From: Squalus acanthias
Taxonomy: Eukaryota
Direction of reading: 5' to 3'
Assembly: GCA_030390025.1 (NCBI GenBank)
Contig: CM059432.1
Span: forward strand, 79,734,001-79,798,000
DNA: 64,000 bases
Shown piece by piece: positions 24,095 through 38,300 of the stretch. The translations under genes were made by a program, and so were the position numbers. The notes under the pieces are model-generated. The model searched no databases, was not told the origin of the DNA, and saw only the letters and a program-made list of their open reading frames with translations. Each line of letters opens with the position of its first letter. Positions within the stretch are counted from its first letter, which is position 1.

Positions 24095-25360
24095 CAAGAA
24101 AGGGGAGAGCGATAAACTGGGAAACTACAGGCCAGTCGGCCTAACATAGGTGGTGGGGAAGTTATTGGAAACCATTATCAGGGACAAAATAAACTTTCAT
24201 TTGTAAAGGCATGTTAACCCTAAAGGCAAATCGTGTCTGGCTAACTTGATTTAATTCTTTGATGAGGTATCAGAGAAGGGAGGACTAATAGGGAAAGACA
24301 GTATACTATGAATGGCATGATTTTGAAAAGTGTAGATGAATGGAGAGACCTTAAAGGTGGCAGGGCAAAGGTGGTTTAAAAAAGCATACGGTTACTTGGG
24401 TTTATAAATAAAGGCATACAATATAAAAGCATAGAGATCATGCTAGAACTTTATAAATCAATGGTTAGGCCTCAGCTGGAGCACCTCCCAAACCTGCGAC
24501 CTCTTCCACCTAGAAGGACAAGGGCAGCAGGCGCATGGGAACACCACCACCTCCAAGTTCCCCTGCAAGTCACACACCATCCTGACTTAGAAGTATATCG
24601 CTAATCCTTCATCGTCGCTGGGTCAAAATCCTGGAACTCCCTACCTAACAGCACTGTGGAAGTACCTTCACCACATGGACTGCAGCAGTTCAAGAAGGCG
24701 GCTCACCACCACCTTCTCAAGGCAGTTAGGGATAGGCAATAAATGCTGGCTTTGCCAGCAACGCCAACATCCCATAAACAAATTTAAAAAAAAATTCTGG
24801 GCACCACACTTTAGGAAAGATGTTAAGGCTTTAGAAAGGGTACAGAGGAGGTTTACCAGAATGTCACTATGGATGAGGAACTTTTGTTATGAGGAGAGGT
24901 TGGAAAAGTTAGGACTGTTCTCCAGTAAAGAAAAGACTGGAGAAACTGGGGCTCTTGAAAGGAGCTGGAACAGCAAAGGTTAAGAGGTGACCTAATAGAG
25001 ATTTTCAAGCTGATGAGAGGTTTTGATAGAGTAGAGAGAGAAAAACTATTCCCTCTGGCAAGTGGGTCAACAACCAGAGGTCATAGATTTAAAATCATTG
25101 ACAAAAGATCTAGACGGGAGATGTTTTTTCACTCAGTTGTCAGGATCTGGAATGCTCTACTTGAAAAGGTGGTGGAAGTGAATTCCATAAATAATTTTAA
25201 ATGGGAGTTGGACAGGTACTTGAGGTTGAGGAACTTGGAGGGTTACAGACAAAAAGTGGGTGTGTGGGACTAAGCACGACCACTCTTTGAAAGAACCAGC
25301 ACAGGCACAACGGGCCGAATGGTCACCTTCTGTGCTGTAATTTTCTGTGATTCTATGATT
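24095..25360 (+). mobile_element. CR1 RT and 3' end with internal deletion, interrupted at about 24482-24794 by a 3' end of the second LINE lineage
   Basis: NYRPV.., FWAPHFRKD.. and VVRIWNAL motifs, tail TTCTGTGATTCTATGATT. The insert ends in an A-rich tail. Confidence 0.85.
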
Positions 25361-25952
25361 ATTAATGGCCTATGAGTGCCTTCTTTCATCTTCACATGGT
25401 AACTTTTTAAATAGATATATATGTCCAAGTGAGGGATATCTGATAATTAAATCGCCTTAATCTGAAGAAAACCCATTTCATTTATAGTTGAACTGTTTCT
25501 GCCATCAGAGTTAGATTTTCTTTGATGCTTTTAAAAGGCACATGTAACTTTTTTGTAATCTGTGGCATAATTTGCTAATACTGAAATCTAAAGTAATTGG
25601 AGTACAATCTATGTCGCTTATTCAACCCTCCCAAAAGTAGTAGGAATTATAGATTTTTTGAATATGATTAATCAGGGTACATTTTATGGGTCCACCACGA
25701 TGTTGCGGTACCTTGCACACTGCAGGCAAGCATTAGAAAATTGGAGGATCAGGCCTTTGATTTTCTGATGCACGTTTGAGGTTTACAGAGTCAATATTTA
25801 CCCAATAGAGTAGCTTATCTGATACATACTTTCAAAAAAAATTCTTGACTAATTTATTTTAACTAATACTTGGCGTTCTGTAGAATCCATGTGTTATATT
25901 GTGTTTAATCCCAAATACTGTATTGAAACATTGTTTTTACTTTACTGTATAG

Positions 25953-26064
25953 ATGGCCCAGGAGTCATAGGAGTACAACCAATGTCCTTGGTCAACTCTC
26001 CCAATGGGCTGGCCAACATACCAATGCAAGCCTATCCACAAACTTCATTCGTAGACCAAGCTTT
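25953..26064 (+). CDS. CSPP1: CSPP1 internal exon C (phase 1 to 2), (Y)GPGVIGVQPMSLVNSPNGLANIPMQAYPQTSFVDQA
   Basis: gtatAG acceptor after a pyrimidine tract, GTAAGT donor, 112 nt, phase-compatible. Resembles CSPP1 YGSGMMGVQP. Confidence 0.88.
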
Positions 26065-26253
26065 GTAAGTTTTTGGTTTTTATCATCTGTCGTGTCTTTG
26101 ATAAGTTAAACTGCAACTTTAACAGGTAATGTAGTACCTTGGAACCTGTGATATGTCATGGAGAGATAAAACATACATAGATTTGTATCTTGTGATTTGC
26201 CATGTGTTATTGATGTCATTCATGTCATGCAAAAAACAAGTGTTTAACACAAG

Positions 26254-27021
26254 GGGCGGAATCTTACCTTCCAGGCCGAGTTCGAGGCGGGACTGCTGGT
26301 CTTCGGGTTCCAGTCCCGCCCCCAGCGACGTCTGACAAACAGATGCTATTTTGCCCTGATTGGCCTTGTTAAGCCCGCCCTACGGGCTTGCCGGCCAATT
26401 AAGGGAAAGCCAGTATCAGATGACGTCAGTTGATGACGCTTCATCTGCTGGTTTTCTTAAAGGCATGTACACCACACTTGTTTGACGGTGTTTGACAGCA
26501 TTGAGGTGCTGTCGAACACTGACGATCACTGTACAAAGGTGAGCCCTTGCATCCAGGCTCTCCAATTACTCTCTCCTTAGGATAAAACAGATGGCAGCTG
26601 CAGCTGAGATTTCAGAAGCCATCTGTCACTTCTCCCAATGAGATGAGGCTACACAAACACTTCACAGCTTGTCACTTGCAGAAACATCTAACCACATTAA
26701 AAATGACTTTCCCAGCATTTCTTTACCTCTGATACTAACCAGTGTCCCATTGCATCCTTCACACCACTTCTGCAGCTGCCATCCAAACACCAACATAACA
26801 ACAGACCCACAGCACGCCTCACTTACCCTGGCGGGGTTCCCCGACGTCGGGAAGCCCGCAGCAGCAGTCAAAAAATTGGAAAAAACCTCCTAACGCTAGG
26901 AGTAGGGTCCCTGCGCAAATCGGGGACCCGACTCCTGGGATAAAAGATTGGTTGGAGGCGGGTTCATTTTGGGGGATTTTCCCAGCAGACCCGCCTCCTC
27001 AGGGCTGGTAAAATCCAGCCC
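26254..27021. mobile_element. Non-autonomous PIF/Harbinger-type element
   Basis: TIR GGGCGGAATCTTACC / GGTAAAATCCAGCCC. 3-bp flanks AAG / ATG (1 mismatch). Confidence 0.72.
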
Positions 27022-28292
27022 ATGGTCTTGCATAGCCCCTAAAATTTTGTTTCCGAGTGTCATTGATAAAGTTCTGAGAACAGGTTAACTGCTCCCTTTC
27101 TCTATTTTAGAGATGATGTCTAGTTCTAGGAGACCATAGAAAAGGGAAATTGCCTAAATAATGGTCATGACCAGTGTGCTTCTCTTTTAAGCATGGCTCT
27201 TCTTTGTGATCCATCAGCATAGTTTTCTTTCCAGTTTGCACTCTCCAGGATAGGCTCAAGCGGATATCCCAGATATTGCAGGAAAAGATAAAAAGAAAGA
27301 GCATTTAGGAGTCCTCATTTTCATGTGTTGGAATTGCCTTACCAATAGGTTCCACCACAAGCTTGGCACTGCGGAACCCCAGGCCCCACTTCATCTGCCC
27401 TTGCCAAAATTAAGAAAATATCCATTTGGATGGCAGTGGGCATGCTGCCACACCCAAGGCGTGAAGAGTCAGCTCAGCATTGTTTGACATTAACTCAGTC
27501 ATCCCTAGTAAGTCCTCAGACTGCTGAACAGTATTGGATGGAGATATAAATGCTGTCTTTCGCTATTCTGCATACTTCAGTTGATTCCTCGATGATGCAG
27601 ATAGACACGAGCAGATTGAGGGACTTCACACCCTGTCCCAATCTTAAATCTAGATAATCTGATGAGACAGCTACATTTGTATGAGGAGCATTGCCCTTAG
27701 GGTATTTGGTGCCAAAGTAAAGGAAAGACTGGAGAAACTGGGCTCTTGAAAGGAGATGACTGAGAAGGGACTTTTTTTTTTAAGAAGTGTCTGATATTAA
27801 ATGGCATAACTAAGATTAATCCAAAGTACTTAAAAGTAACTTGGGTTAAAACTGGTGGAAGGAACGTTAGGACAATTGTTGGAAAGAACTTGTTCAGGTA
27901 GTGCAATTAATACCTGAATAGTGGAGATGAAAACCTAGGACTCATTCAAGGGGGAGGAGAATATAGGCCTTTTGTTTTGATGGGATGAATAGACATCATC
28001 ATTTATCTTGCGTACCCAGCTTTATCATCAGACCTAACAATTATTTGTCACCTGTCGCCGCCAAAAACTAAGGAAGCCAATTTCTAAACTAAGACTAACA
28101 AATGGCTAGTAGAATTCATTCTCTAATGCTACCAGTTTGTTGAGCTGATAAAGGTAAATAAAACAAAATGCCAAAGTATCTATCTAACGTTACATATGTC
28201 ATAATAGTCTTTCTGATTTTTGGGTTAAATTGATTTTACTCCTCCCCACTCCCGTCCCAACAACCCTTTTCAAAACATTTGTTTAACACTGA

Positions 28293-28508
28293 AATAACAA
28301 CAACTTATAGTTATATAACGCCTTTAACGTAGTAAAACGTCCCAAGGCGCTTCGCAGGAGTGTTATAAGACAAAAAATTGACACCGAGCCGCTTAAGAAA
28401 TTAGGGCAGATGACCAAAAGTTTGGTCAAAGAGGTAGGTTTTAAAGGAGTGTCTTAAAGGAGGAAAGTGAGCTAGAGAGGTGGAGAGGTTTAGGGAGGGA
28501 ATTCCAGA
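28293..28508 (-). mobile_element. L2-type LINE 3' end
   Basis: Reverse complement of the 51480-51695 tail, including the (CAA)n end. Confidence 0.8.
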
Positions 28509-29504
28509 CACCTAAAATGTATTCTTTGCATTTGATTATTTTGTATTTTGTCTTGATTTTGATAATGGATTACATTTCTAAGCTTCCTCTTAAGTAATAA
28601 AAAAGAAAATTACTCCACAGGATCACCGTTAGAATTAATGGTTGCCAATTCCTGTGGTTGGATTGACTATTGTCTGGCAAATGAGGCCTATTAGAATGTA
28701 GGATGTAAGACATTGTAGGTATTTTTTATTGTTTTATTTACCTTGGTGGGGATAAGGAACTGGTAACAACGTACTGTAGATTGAATTCCACTCACCATTT
28801 TGCAAGTCTGTTTGGAAACTGGCTTCCATAGCATTTTGCAGCTATAGGTGACGAGTGTTGGATCTGATCGAAAAAACTTGGTAAGCAAATTCAGAAGAGT
28901 ACATTTTTTTTTCTTACTATTTTTTGCTTAATGAAAGAATTGAAAATAACCCAACCAAAAAATGGGCAAAATCAGCACTGAAAGCTAGAAAGCCCAATTA
29001 TACATTTCTAGATCAATTATCCTTACTGTGATAATTGTTTAGTCTTCACAACTGAGGAATTGTGTTCCACACAGCATAATCTCCACCTTTGTCATTCCTG
29101 ATAATCCTCAATCCTGTTCCTAACCAGATATTCATCTAGCTCTGAAGATGATAAACAGAAGAGTAGTAAGATTGATACCAAGTGTAAAGAGGCTGAGCAG
29201 TTGGGCAACATTAGATAAGTTCAAATTCCACAGTCTAGAAAGAAGGTGATGGGAGCTGAATGTCATCAAAATACATAAAACCATAAATGCGACATAGACG
29301 ATAAACCCAGAATATTACTTCAACTTAAGACAGAGAAGTACCAGAGGGCATAAATTTCAATTGGTTAAATGTATATTCAGAAGAACTTCTTTACTTGAGG
29401 ATAAATGTTTGGAATAATCTGACTGGTAGGGCAATAGGTATGAAAATATTAGGCACATTCATGCAGATAAATGTGATAATGGGACAACTTGAGTTGAAGG
29501 GATA

Positions 29505-30854
29505 ATTACTAGTCCTAGCCCCTTTAGGGCTACCCCGGATCAGGCGTATTTCTCAAGATGTTCACTTTCAACTAAAGTTTGAGGTAGCTGAATCCTAAAG
29601 ACGCTTAATTGGGTCTAAAGGTCCGGGCTATCTCTCCGTAAAGGAAAGGAACAACCTGAGAATGTTACCGTCCTCCAGATAGCACTTTTAATAAGTTTCG
29701 CTACACTGTAACATTCCGGATATTATGAGGGTCCGGAAAACTCCCTCAGAATTCTGCAACTCCTCACCAAAGAGTGTACAGAAATTGAGTTCGCGAGTTT
29801 TTGATACAGAAGTCTTATGTGAGACAATTCTAAAAATATATAGGTTTATTAAAGAACTGACATGTAATTTACAGTTGGTGAGTCATTTGCAACATCAACA
29901 AAAAGAGAAAATTTACAATCTTATTATCAGAGAATCTTACTTTTAAATCTTAACTTCACTACAGTATTACAGTTCTTAAAGTGTTCTACAGGATATCCAC
30001 CAAAATCAAATACCTTTGATCCCCGAGGTACAAAGAGTTGGAGACTTACAGAGCCGCCTCTGAAGCCGAGAATCGCTTTGCCCGATTAAAGCGAGTCTGT
30101 TATCCCATTTGAGAGTTCAATATTTATACCCATTTCCAGTGGTATTTCCTTTTAAGGTTTTCTGCTGATGCAAGCTAATTATCTCTAGTCATTTTTCTAC
30201 CGACCTCTGCAACTCTTACTGCCACCTCAGCTGGTAGCATTACAGAATCTCTAGGTGTTCTAAGTTTACCATATAAAAACGGTGTGACAGCAGGTGTTCC
30301 TTACTTGATGTCATCTTTATGATGGCAGATGTTCCTTATCTTATGTGCCTCTTTACACAGTGTAAATTAGAACACCTTATTCATGGTGAACCATTGTTTT
30401 TGTTCCCAAAGGTCAGCCTGTCGGAGCCCTTCACCTTCTGTTTCAATAAGGTTATTTATTCAGGGTCAACAACTGTCTTATCTCAATAGCCAGAATGCTT
30501 TCATAGCTATTTCATAGTTAGGTTTCTAAATTTCCAAACCCAGTTTGTCATGTTTTAATAAGGCCAGAATTCTTTCATAAGATAGTGTATTTTTCTGAAT
30601 AGGTTATATGGCTTATTCCTTCAGAGTGTCAGAGGTATGTCTCCAGTGTGCTAACTGGTTTTATCTAGTCCTTGTCTTTTCTTATTTTCTTGTGCAACTG
30701 TTTATTATTCATACTTTCCTCCACAGAGTGATCGATTCTAATTTTAAGTCATGCTTATTTGTTTTGCACTCAAATTCCAATTCTGAATAGCGCGTTTACA
30801 TTCCTTTCGATATATTAAAAATCTGAATCATGTTTCGCACGAAAACTGAAGACA
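29505..30854 (-). mobile_element. Probable long solo LTR (ERV/LTR-like); left boundary uncertain
   Basis: On the - strand it begins TGTCTTC, has U3-like short repeats (30290-30360), GGGTATAAATA at about 30121-30131 and AATAAA at about 29845. No TSD or primer-binding site identified. Confidence 0.5.
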
Positions 30855-31029
30855 CTTAAAGAGATACTTTTCCTTCAATTGGATGATGGCCAAATGGTTC
30901 ATTGAGGGAACTTGAAGTACATTCAAAGAATGAATTAAACCATATCATTAACCATTCCTTGTAGTCTTACACTAAAATGTAAGTAGCTCCAAGAATTACA
31001 TATTACTTTGGTCTCCTTTTGTGTAGTAT

Positions 31030-33179
31030 AATTCTATGACAGAAACAGGCATTTGGCCTAACTAGTCTATGCAATGTTTATACTCCACACTAGCTGCCTC
31101 CCACTCCCACCCTGCCCTCAGCCCTCTATTCCCTTGCCCCTCAGGTATGCATCAAGCCTTCCCTTAAACATATCAATGCTATCCGCTTCAACTACTCCAT
31201 GTGGCAAAGGTGTTGCACATTTCCACCAATTTGTGTTTAAAAAAAAAAAAAAAAAATTCCTCCTAGAATCTTTATTTGATTGGTTAGTGGCTATCTTAGA
31301 ATCATAGAATCATAGAATAGTACAGCACAGAAGGAGGCCATTCGACCCATCAAGTCTGCGCCGGCTCTTTCGAAGAGCAATCCAGTTAGTCCCACCCACC
31401 CGCTCTTTCCCCATATCCCTGCAATTTTTTCTCCTTCAGGTATTTATCCAGTTCCTTTTTGAAGGCTACAATTGAATCTGTATCAACCACCCTATTAGGC
31501 AGTGCATTCCAAATCCTAACCACTCATTGTGTAAAAATATTTTTCCTCATGTCTCCTCCTGGTTCTTTTGCCAATCACCTTAAATCTGTGCCTGCTCGTT
31601 ATCGATCCTTCAGCCATTGGAAATAGTTTCTCTTTATTTACTCTGTCTAAATCCTTCATGATTTTAAACACCTCTATCGAATCTCCTCTTGGCCTTCTCT
31701 GGTCCAATTATGCCCCCCTTGTGGACTCGCCCACAAGTGGAAACAGTTTCTCCACATCCAACCTATCGAACCCCTTCATAATTTTAAAGACCTCTATCAG
31801 GATCCTCTTGGTCTTCTCTTTTCCAGAGAAAAGAGCCCCAGTCTGCTCAATCTTTTCTGATAATGCAGAAAAAATTGAGAAGGATGTTACCAGCATCCTC
31901 TTAATGCTGGTAACATCCGTCTAAATTTTTTCTGCACTTTCTCCAGTGCGTCAATATCCTCTTTGTACTATGGAGAACAGAACTGTATACACTACTGCAT
32001 ATTTGGCCTAAGCAAGGTTCTATATAAATTTCACATTACCTCCATGCTTTTGTATTCGGCTCCTCCAGAAATGAACCTCAGTACTTTGTTTGCACTCTTT
32101 GTGGCCCTATCAACTTGTGTTTATTAATTTATGTATCTGTATTCTCCGATCCCCATTTAGTTTCTTACTATCCAAGGAATAAGTGGCCTCCTTATTCCTC
32201 CTACCAAATGAACCACCTCACACTTCACTATATTGAATTTCTTTGCCATTTTCCGCCCACACTTCAAGTCTGTTTACGTCTTCCAGTATTTTGGTACAGT
32301 CCTCCACATTATTAGTTATGCACCTTAATTTGGTACCATCTGCAAATTGCAACGTCCAAATCATTTATGTATATGGTGAATAACAGTGCTTCAAGCACGG
32401 ATCCCTGCGGGACACCACTTTCTACTTTCTGCCAGTCCGAGAAACTTTCTTTAACTCCTACTTTCTGTTTTGTAGCCACCTTTCAACTCATTCTGCTACT
32501 GACTTCACATGTCCTGACCTTTGCCTTGAGTCTCCCTTGTCGCACCTTATCAAAGGCCTTGTGAAAATCCATGTATATCACATCCACTGCATTTCCCTCG
32601 TCTACTCTTTTGTTACTTCTTCAAAGAATTCAATGAGGTTGGTTAAACATGATCTTTTTAGAAATTCATGCTAACTGTATTTTATATTCTCCATCTCTAG
32701 TTGTTTTGTATTCTGATCTTTTAGCACAGATTTTAGTATCTTTCCTTTAGAAAAAGATTAGTTCTGTCTCATATTTTGAAGATAGGAATTATTCTGCTGT
32801 TCGCCAGTCCCCTAGGACTAGTCCTTTTTCTATTAAATTTTTATATATGGATACTAGTGCCTCTGCTATCTCCTCTCGAGTCTCTGAGTATCTGTGGCGC
32901 AATCCATCTGGAGCTGAGGCTTTGTCTTAAGTTTGGCTACTTTGTCTACTGTCTCCTTTTTTTTCTATCTTTGTTACGATATCCCTCTTGATTTCTCCGA
33001 CTATTGTCATTTCCTCTTTGTTCACATCATCTGTGAAAACGGAGGCAAAATATCTATTTGGTATCCATGCCATTTCAGTATCATCATCTGAGAGTTTATC
33101 TTGCTCATCCATTAGTGGCCCTACCCCTATTTATCATTTTCTTTTGTTACATATATGCTTGTAGACTATTTTACTAACT
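31030..33179 (-). mobile_element. Old CR1 LINE, outer layer of a nest (resumes at about 42338-42740); contains a CR1 3' insert at about 31297-31706
   Basis: RT fragments in ORFs 31708..31896 and 32927..33112. The linker region continues in ORF 42248..42517. Confidence 0.75.
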
Positions 33180-35386
33180 CATAGAATCATAGAATGATAT
33201 AGCACACAGGAAGCCATTTGCCCCATCGTGCCTGTGCCGGCTCTTTTGTAGAGCTATCCAATTAGTCCCAATCCTCTGCTCTTTCTCCATAGCCCTGTGA
33301 ATTGTATTTATCCAATTCTCTTTTGAAAGTTACTATTGAATCTGCTTCCACCACCCTTTCAGGCAGTGCATTCCGGATCACAACAACTCGCTATGTAAAG
33401 TAATGTTTCCTCATGTTACCTCTGGTTCTTTTGCCAATCAGCTTCAATCTGTGTCCTCTGGTTATCAACTCTTCTGCCAGTGGAAACAGTTTATCCTTAT
33501 TTACTTTTATCAAAACCGTTCATAATTTTGAATAGCTCTATCAAATCTCCTCTTGATGTTCTCCGCTCCTGAGGATAACAACCCCAGCTCCTCCAGTCTC
33601 CACATAACTGAAGTCCCTCATCCCTGGTACCATTCTAGCAAATCTCTTCTGCACCCTCTCTAAGCCCTTGAAATCCTTCCTAATGTGTGGTGCCCAGTAT
33701 AGAACACAATACTCCAGCTGTGATCTAACCAGTGTTTTATAAAGGTTCAGTATAACTTCCTTGCTTTTGTACTCTGCCTCTATTAGTAAAGCCATGAATC
33801 CCATATGCTATTTTAACAGCCTTCTCAACTTGTCCTGCCACCTTCAAAGATTTGTGTATATACACCCCCGGTCCCTCTGTTCCTGCACCCCTTTAAAATT
33901 GTACTATTTAGTTTATATTGCCTCTCCTCATTCTTCCTACTAAAATGTATCACTTCACACTTCTGTGTTAAATTTCATATGCCATGTGTCTGCCCATTTC
34001 ACCTGTCTATGTCCTCATGAAGTCTGTTACTATCCTCTTTGTTGTTTACTACATTTCCGAGTTTCGTGTCATCTGTCAACTTTGAAATTATGCCCTGTAC
34101 ACCTAAGTCCAGGTCATTAACATCCCTTTAATCGGGCTTTAATTTTGCTAACTGGTCTATTATGTGGTACTTTGTCAAACGACTTTTGAAAATCCATATA
34201 CACAACATCTACCACGCTATCTTCATCAACCCTCTCTGTTACTTCATCAAAGAACTGAATCAAGTTCGTCAGACACGATGTGCCTTTCACAAATCTGTGC
34301 TGACTTTCATTTATTAGCCCATACGTTTCCAAATGCCAGTTAATTTTGTCACAGATTATTGTCTCAAAGTTTCCCCACCACCGACATTGGGCTGACTGGC
34401 CTGTAATTGCAGGGTTTATCCCTCTCCCCTTTTTTGAACAGGGGTGTAATATTTGCAATCTTCCAGTCCTCTGGCACCACTCCCATGTCCAAGGAGGATT
34501 GGAAGATTGTGGCCAGAGCCTCCGCAGTTTCCACCCTTACTTCCCTCAGCAAACTCGGATGCATCTCATTCGGACTGGGTGACTTTTCTACTTTGATCCC
34601 TGCCAACCTTTTAAGTACCTCTTTATCTATTTTTATCCAATTTCTCTACTACCTCCTCCTTTACTGTGATATTGGCAGCATCCAATTCTTTTGTGAAGAC
34701 AGATGGAAAGTACTCATTTAGTACTTCAGCCATGCACTCTGCCTCCTTAAGGAGATCTGCTTTTTGGTCCCTAATCAGACTTTCGGGTTCACTTTTATGT
34801 TAGGCGCTAATCTATTATCATGGTCTCTCTATGCCCCTCTTATTTCCTTTTTTAGATCTCCTCTGTACTTTCTGTATTTAGGTTGGTTCTCCACTGTATT
34901 ATGAACGTTACCTTTGTCAAAAGCCTCCTTTTTCTGTCTCAGTTTAATCTCTATATCCTTTGTCATCCAGGGAGCTCTAGCTTTGGATGCCCTTCCTTTC
35001 TCCCTCATGGAATATGTGTCTATTCTGTACCCGAACCATCTTCTCCTTGAAGGCCTCCCATTGTTCAATTACTGTTTTGCCTACCAATTTTTGATTCCAA
35101 TCCACCTGGGCCAGTTCCCTTTTCAACTCACTGAATTTAGCCCTCCTCCAGTTGAGTATTTTTACGCGAGATTGTTCCTTTTCCTTTTCCATAACTATTC
35201 TAATCGTGATGATATTATGATCATTGTTACCCAAATGCTCCTCCACTGAAACATGGTCCGCTTGTTCCACTTCATTCTCCAGAACTAGATCCAGCACTGC
35301 TTCCTTCCTCGTTTGGCTAGAAACACACTGATCAAGAAAGTTCTCTTGTACACATTTCAGGAATTCCTCCCCCCACTTTGCCCTTT
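33180..35386 (-). mobile_element. CR1 LINE, middle layer (resumes at 40601-40618 and 42074-42335)
   Basis: CATAGAAT tail at 33180. The endonuclease is broken at gcccttt|acaccattactatcc; an uninterrupted homologue is at about 58113-58140. Confidence 0.85.
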
Positions 35387-38300
35387 AGAAGATAGGAGCA
35401 GAAGTAGGCCATTCGGCCCCTCGAGCCTGTTCCGCCATTTAATGAGATCATGGCTGATCATCCAAATTCAGTACCCTGTCCCTGCTTTCTCCCCATATCC
35501 CTTGATCCCTTTAGCCTTAAGAAATATATCTAACTCCTTCTTGAATATATTTAATGAATTGGACTCAACTGCCTTCTGTGGTAGAGAATTCCACAGGTTC
35601 ACCACTCTCTGGGTGAAGAAATTCCTCCTCATCTCAGTCCTAAATGGCTTACCCCTTATCCTTACACTGTGACCCCTGGTTCTGGACTCCCCCGCCATCG
35701 GGAACATCCTTCCTGCATCTAGTCTGTCTAGTCCTGTTAGAATTTTATAAGTTTCAATGAGATCCCCCCTCATTCTTCTAAACTCTAGCGAATACAAGCC
35801 CAATCGACCCAATCTCTCTTCATACGTCATTCCTGCCATCCCAGGTATCAGTCTGGTGAATCTTCGCTGCACTCCCTCCATGGCAAGAACATGCTTCCTC
35901 AGATAAGGCGACCAAAACTGCACACAATACTCAAGGTGTGGTCTCACCAAGGCCCTGTACAACTGCAGCAAGACATCCTTGCTTCTGTACTCTAATCCTC
36001 TTGCTACGAAGGCCAACATACCATTTGCCTTCTTAACCGCCTGCTGCAGCTGCATGCTTACCTTCAGCGACTGGTGCACAAGAACACCCAGGTCTCGTTG
36101 CACTTCCCCTTTTCCCAATCCATTGCCGTTCAGATAATAATCTGCCTTCCTGTTTTTGCCACCAAAGTGGATAACCTCGCATTTATCCACATTATACTGC
36201 ATCTGCCATGTATCTGCCCAATCACCCAACCTGTCCAAATCATACTGGAGTTTCTCTGCATCCTCCTCACAGCACACACGCCCACCCAGCTTTGTGTCGT
36301 CTGCAAACTTGGAGATATTACATCTAGTTCCCTCGTCTAGATCATTAATATATATTGTGAATAGCTGGGGTCCTAGCACCAATCCCTGTGGTACCCCACT
36401 AGTCACTGCCTGCCACTCGGAAAAAGACCCGTTTATTCCAACTCTTTGTTTCCTGTCTGCCAACCAGTTCTCTATCCAAGTCAGTACCTTACCCCCAATC
36501 CCATGTGCTTTAACTTTGCACGCTAATCTCTTATGCGGGACCTTATCGAAAGCCTTCTGAAAGTCCAAATACACCACATGCACTGGTTCTCCCTTATCTA
36601 TTCTACCAGTTACATCCTCAAAAAATTCCAGTAGATTAGTCAAGCATGATTTACCTTTTGTAAATCCATGTTGACTTTGTCCGACCCTGTCACTGTTTTC
36701 CAAGTGCTCTGCTAATACATCTTTTATAATGGACGCTAGCATTTTCCCCACTACCGATGTCAGGCTTACCGGTCTATAATTCCCCGTTTTCACTCTACCA
36801 CCTTTTTAAAATAGTGGGGTTACATTAGCTACCCTCCAATCCATGGGAACTGTTCCAGAGTCTATAGAATTTTGGAAGATGACCAGCAATGCATCTACTA
36901 TTTCTAGGGCCACTTCCTTAAGTACCCTGAGATGTAGATTATCAGGCCCTGGGGATTTATCGGCCTTCAATCCCATCAATTTCCCTAACACCATTTCCCT
37001 ACAAATACTGATTTCATTCAGCTCCTCCCTCTCATTAGACCCTATGTTCCCCGACATCTCTGGGAGGTTATTTGTGTCCTCCTTTGTGAAGACAGAACCA
37101 AAGTATGTATTTAATTGGTCTGCCATTTCTTTGTTCCCCATTATAAATTCCCCTGATTCTGACTGCAAGGGACCTACGCTTGACTTCACCAATCTTTTTC
37201 TCATCACTTGTCTATAGAAGCTTTTATAGTCAGTTTTTATGTTCCCTGCAAGCTTACTCTATTTTCCCCCCTCTTAATTAATCCCTTTGTCCTCCTTTGC
37301 TGAATCCTAAACTGCTCCCAATCCTCAGGTTTGCTGCTTTTTCTGGCCAATTTATATGTCCTCTCCTTGGATCTTATGCTATCCCTAATTTCCCTTGTTA
37401 GCCACGGTTGAGTCACCTTTTTTGTTTTATTTTTATGCCAAACAGGGATGAACAAATTCTGTAGTTCATCCATGCGATCTTTAAATGTTTGCCATTGCCT
37501 ATCCACCATCAACCCTTTAAAGTAATGTTCCCCAATCCATCCTAGCCAACTCGTGCCTCATACCATCATAGTTTCCTTTATTTAAATTAAGGACCCTAGT
37601 CTCTGAGTCAACTACTTCACCCTCCTTAATGAAGAATTCTATCATATTATGATCGCTCCTCCCCAAGGGGCCTCGCACAACAAGATTGCTAATTAATCCT
37701 TTCTCATTACATAATACCCAGTCTAAGATGGCCTGATCTCTAATTGGTTCTTCGACATATTGGTCCAGGAAACCATCCCGTATACACTCTAGGAATTCCT
37801 CCTCCACAGTATTGTTACTAATTTGGTTAGCCCAATCTATATGTAGATTAAAGTCACCCATGATAACTGCTGTGCCATTATTGCATGCGTCTCTAATTTC
37901 CCATTTAATGCCATCCCCAACCTCAGCATTACTGTTTGGGGGTCTGTATACAACTCCCACTAATGTTTTCTGCCCCTTGGTATTTCTCAGCTCTACCCAT
38001 ACAGATTCCACATCATCAGAGCTAATATCCTTCCTTACTATTGTGTTAATCTCCTCTTTAACCAGCAATGCTACCCCACCTCCTTTTCTTTTTTGCCAGT
38101 CTTTCCTGAATATTGAATACCCCTGGATGTTGAATTCCCAGCCTTGGTCACCCTGGAGCCATGTCTCCATAATCCCAATTATATCATATCCGTTTACATC
38201 TATTTGCGCAGCTAATTCATCCACCTTATTACGAATGCTCCTCGCATTAAGACACAAAGGGGGAAAAATTAGGTCGCGCCCCATTTGGGGCGCAAATATC

